A stretch of 64,000 bases of DNA from an uncultured Phycisphaerales bacterium. GTDB taxonomy: Bacteria; Planctomycetota; Phycisphaerae; Tepidisphaerales; Tepidisphaeraceae. The position numbers and the translations under genes are program-made. A model generated the notes under the pieces. The model saw only the letters and a program-made list of their open reading frames with translations. It did no database searches and was not told the DNA's origin. Below are positions 62,170 to 64,000 of the stretch, piece by piece (the stretch's first letter is position 1; each line of letters opens with the position of its first letter). The stretch lies in assembly GCA_963755915.1 (NCBI GenBank), contig CAVWLP010000003.1:672001-736000 (forward strand). The letters are read 5' to 3'.

Positions 62170-64000
62170 TTAGGGTGAATCGGGAGTTTGGGAAGTTTGC
62201 GGCGCTGGAGCGGGAGCCTGAGCGCTGTTTTGCGGGGGAGTTGCGCTGGGCTGGGTGGCGGCGACCTGGAGCGATTCGTGAAGGGCGTTGGCGTAGGCTC
62301 TAACGATGGGGTCCTTGTCGTTGGAGAGGCGATTGGCGATGTCGATGCCCTTGTCGCCGCCGAGGTTGCCGGCGAGGAGGAGGGCAAGCATGCGGGTTTG
62401 CCAGGCGTCGCTGCTGGTCATGGCGTCGATGTCAGAGGCTTGGTCGTCGCCCTTGGCGACGGAGGCGATGAGGAATTTCTGCATGGCGCGGACGGGAACG
62501 GCCTTGCCGGGATCGGTGAGGTGGAGTTTGTTAAGGAATTCCTTTTCGATGACCTGGAACTGGGAATTGCTCTGCTGAGCGTCGAGGAAGGGGATGTCGG
62601 CGGCCAGGACCATGAGGGCGCGGATTTTTTCACCGCCATCGTCGGTGTCGAGGCGTTGATAGAGTGCGTTGCGCTGTTCCGGGGTTTGGATTGGGGTTGG
62701 CTCGCGGGCGATGATTTCGCTGGCAAGCTGGACGTAGCCGCCCACGCCGGGCTGGGCGGAGGGGGCCTGGACCTGGTTGCTGCGGCGGACCTGAACGGGA
62801 TTAACGACGGCGGAGAGATTGACCATCAGGTCAATATTGGGATTGTCGGCGAAGAATGGATGGAGCGCATCCTGGTCGACGCGGACGAGGGTGGAGACCA
62901 TTTCGCCGGGGGCGAGGACGAGACGTTTGTCGAGCTGGGCAACGGCGGCGCCGGGGATGTCCTGGTTGTACATTCCGGCGAGTCGGGCGTCGAACCAGAC
63001 GGTGGGATGGATGGCGCAATCGTCGCCGATGGCGAGATCCACGTCGCTGACGTTTTGAACCGTGAGGCGGATGAGGACAGGCTCGCCGAACTCGAAGACG
63101 GGCTTAATGGGGGTGACGTCGATGGCGTAGAAGCTCTTGGGGTCCTGAATGAGCTGGAGGAAGGACTGAGGTACGGCGTTGACGAGCGTGGCGACGGTTC
63201 CGGAGCCGGGGCTGGGATCGATGGCAATACCGAGGCGTGCGAATTCGGCCCAGAGGACGGCGCCGATGACGCCGGAGGGATGATCGTCGAGCAATTTCTG
63301 GGCCTGTACGACAGCGGCGTTTTTTGTATTGGGGTCGGCAAGCTCGATGAGGATGACGCCGAGCTGGGCGAGGGGGTCGTATTTGGCAAGCCTTTGAAGT
63401 TTGGGTAGAGCGCCCTTGGCGTCGCCGCTAACGTATTGGGACCAGGCGCGGAGGCGCTGGAGAGTGACGTCGTCGGCGGAGACGAGCTTGGAGAGGGCGT
63501 CGATGAGAGGAGCGGCGGCGTTGGCGTCGTGAAGGTAATAGAGGTCGATCCAGGCGAACGAGGAGAGCGTGGCGTTATAGGGTGCGACGATGTCCCGCGC
63601 CCGGTTGGCCTGAAGGCGGATGCGATCATCGGACATGTCGGGAAGGACGATATCGTCGGGGGAATCGATGGGCCGGGTGGTGGCAGTTTCGTCGCCGGAA
63701 ATTTTTCGAATGTCCTGCAGGCGGTTAAAGATTGCGGAAGCGGCCCGGTGGATGGTCTGGTTGTACTGATCCTGCATCGTGCTGTTGCCGGGGAACAAAT
63801 TAAGCTGGTATTTGAGGATGGAGAGGGAGACGAACCAGCCGTCGGCGTCCTGGGGGAGAGCGGCGTTGTATCGGCTGGCGAGGTCTTCGGCCTTGTCGGC
63901 CTTTTTGCCAAGGAGGAGCTGAGAGCCCGCGCCCAGAGCGAAAGCGGGATCGGCGCGGACACCGGAGCGGTTGTAGAGATCGTCGGCGACGGCGTACCAG
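62170..64000 (-). CDS. Large hypothetical protein with TPR/HEAT-like helical repeats (5' end outside the window)
   Basis: Frame is open from the window edge (WYAVADDLYNR...) into the 542-aa ORF; HEAT-like D.D..VR..A near the C-terminus. Confidence 0.7.
   Translation of the reverse strand, partial: WYAVADDLYNRSGVRADPAFALGAGSQLLLGKKADKAEDLASRYNAALPQDADGWFVSLSILKYQLNLFPGNSTMQDQYNQTIHRAASAIFNRLQDIRKISGDETATTRPIDSPDDIVLPDMSDDRIRLQANRARDIVAPYNATLSSFAWIDLYYLHDANAAAPLIDALSKLVSADDVTLQRLRAWSQYVSGDAKGALPKLQRLAKYDPLAQLGVILIELADPNTKNAAVVQAQKLLDDHPSGVIGAVLWAEFARLGIAIDPSPGSGTVATLVNAVPQSFLQLIQDPKSFYAIDVTPIKPVFEFGEPVLIRLTVQNVSDVDLAIGDDCAIHPTVWFDARLAGMYNQDIPGAAVAQLDKRLVLAPGEMVSTLVRVDQDALHPFFADNPNIDLMVNLSAVVNPVQVRRSNQVQAPSAQPGVGGYVQLASEIIAREPTPIQTPEQRNALYQRLDTDDGGEKIRALMVLAADIPFLDAQQSNSQFQVIEKEFLNKLHLTDPGKAVPVRAMQKFLIASVAKGDDQASDIDAMTSSDAWQTRMLALLLAGNLGGDKGIDIANRLSNDKDPIVRAYANALHESLQVAATQPSATPPQNSAQAPAPAPQTSQTPDSP

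Overview
GC-rich bacterial chromosome segment, most likely Planctomycetota (Phycisphaerae/Tepidisphaera-like). That assignment is inferred from a LEPRxLL-type extracellular protein, a DUF1559/H-X9-DG prepilin-like protein, a PEP-CTERM protein and a giant secretin. The window is mostly housekeeping and envelope genes: pyrK, mutT-like, mgtE, MATE, ileS, purN, frr, pyrH, aroK, pilD, hisH, pgi, rnhA, upp, guaA, an hpf-PTS IIA-HPr-ptsI-rne block, and several glycoside hydrolases and glycosyltransferases. Roughly 15 genes, several essential, are broken by small indels, which points to long-read consensus error rather than decay. An accessory stretch at about 48.5-52.6 kb holds a MITE, REP-like repeats, an HTH gene and a complete IS4-family element (14-bp TIRs, 9-bp TSD, one nonsense codon). 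The best unannotated signals are: (1) an Ile-codon leader-peptide attenuator upstream of ileS; (2) a mini kinase-like protein with DFG-like and catalytic-loop motifs in swapped order, sharing one CATG with a divergent partner and bracketed by direct repeats; (3) a secreted 46-aa His/Lys-rich peptide behind a structured leader; (4) a near-consensus sigma70 promoter driving an ~100-nt terminator-ended RNA with triplicated U7 tracts just upstream of pyrK. No rRNA, tRNA or CRISPR array was seen. All family assignments are by eye from motifs; no database searches were run.
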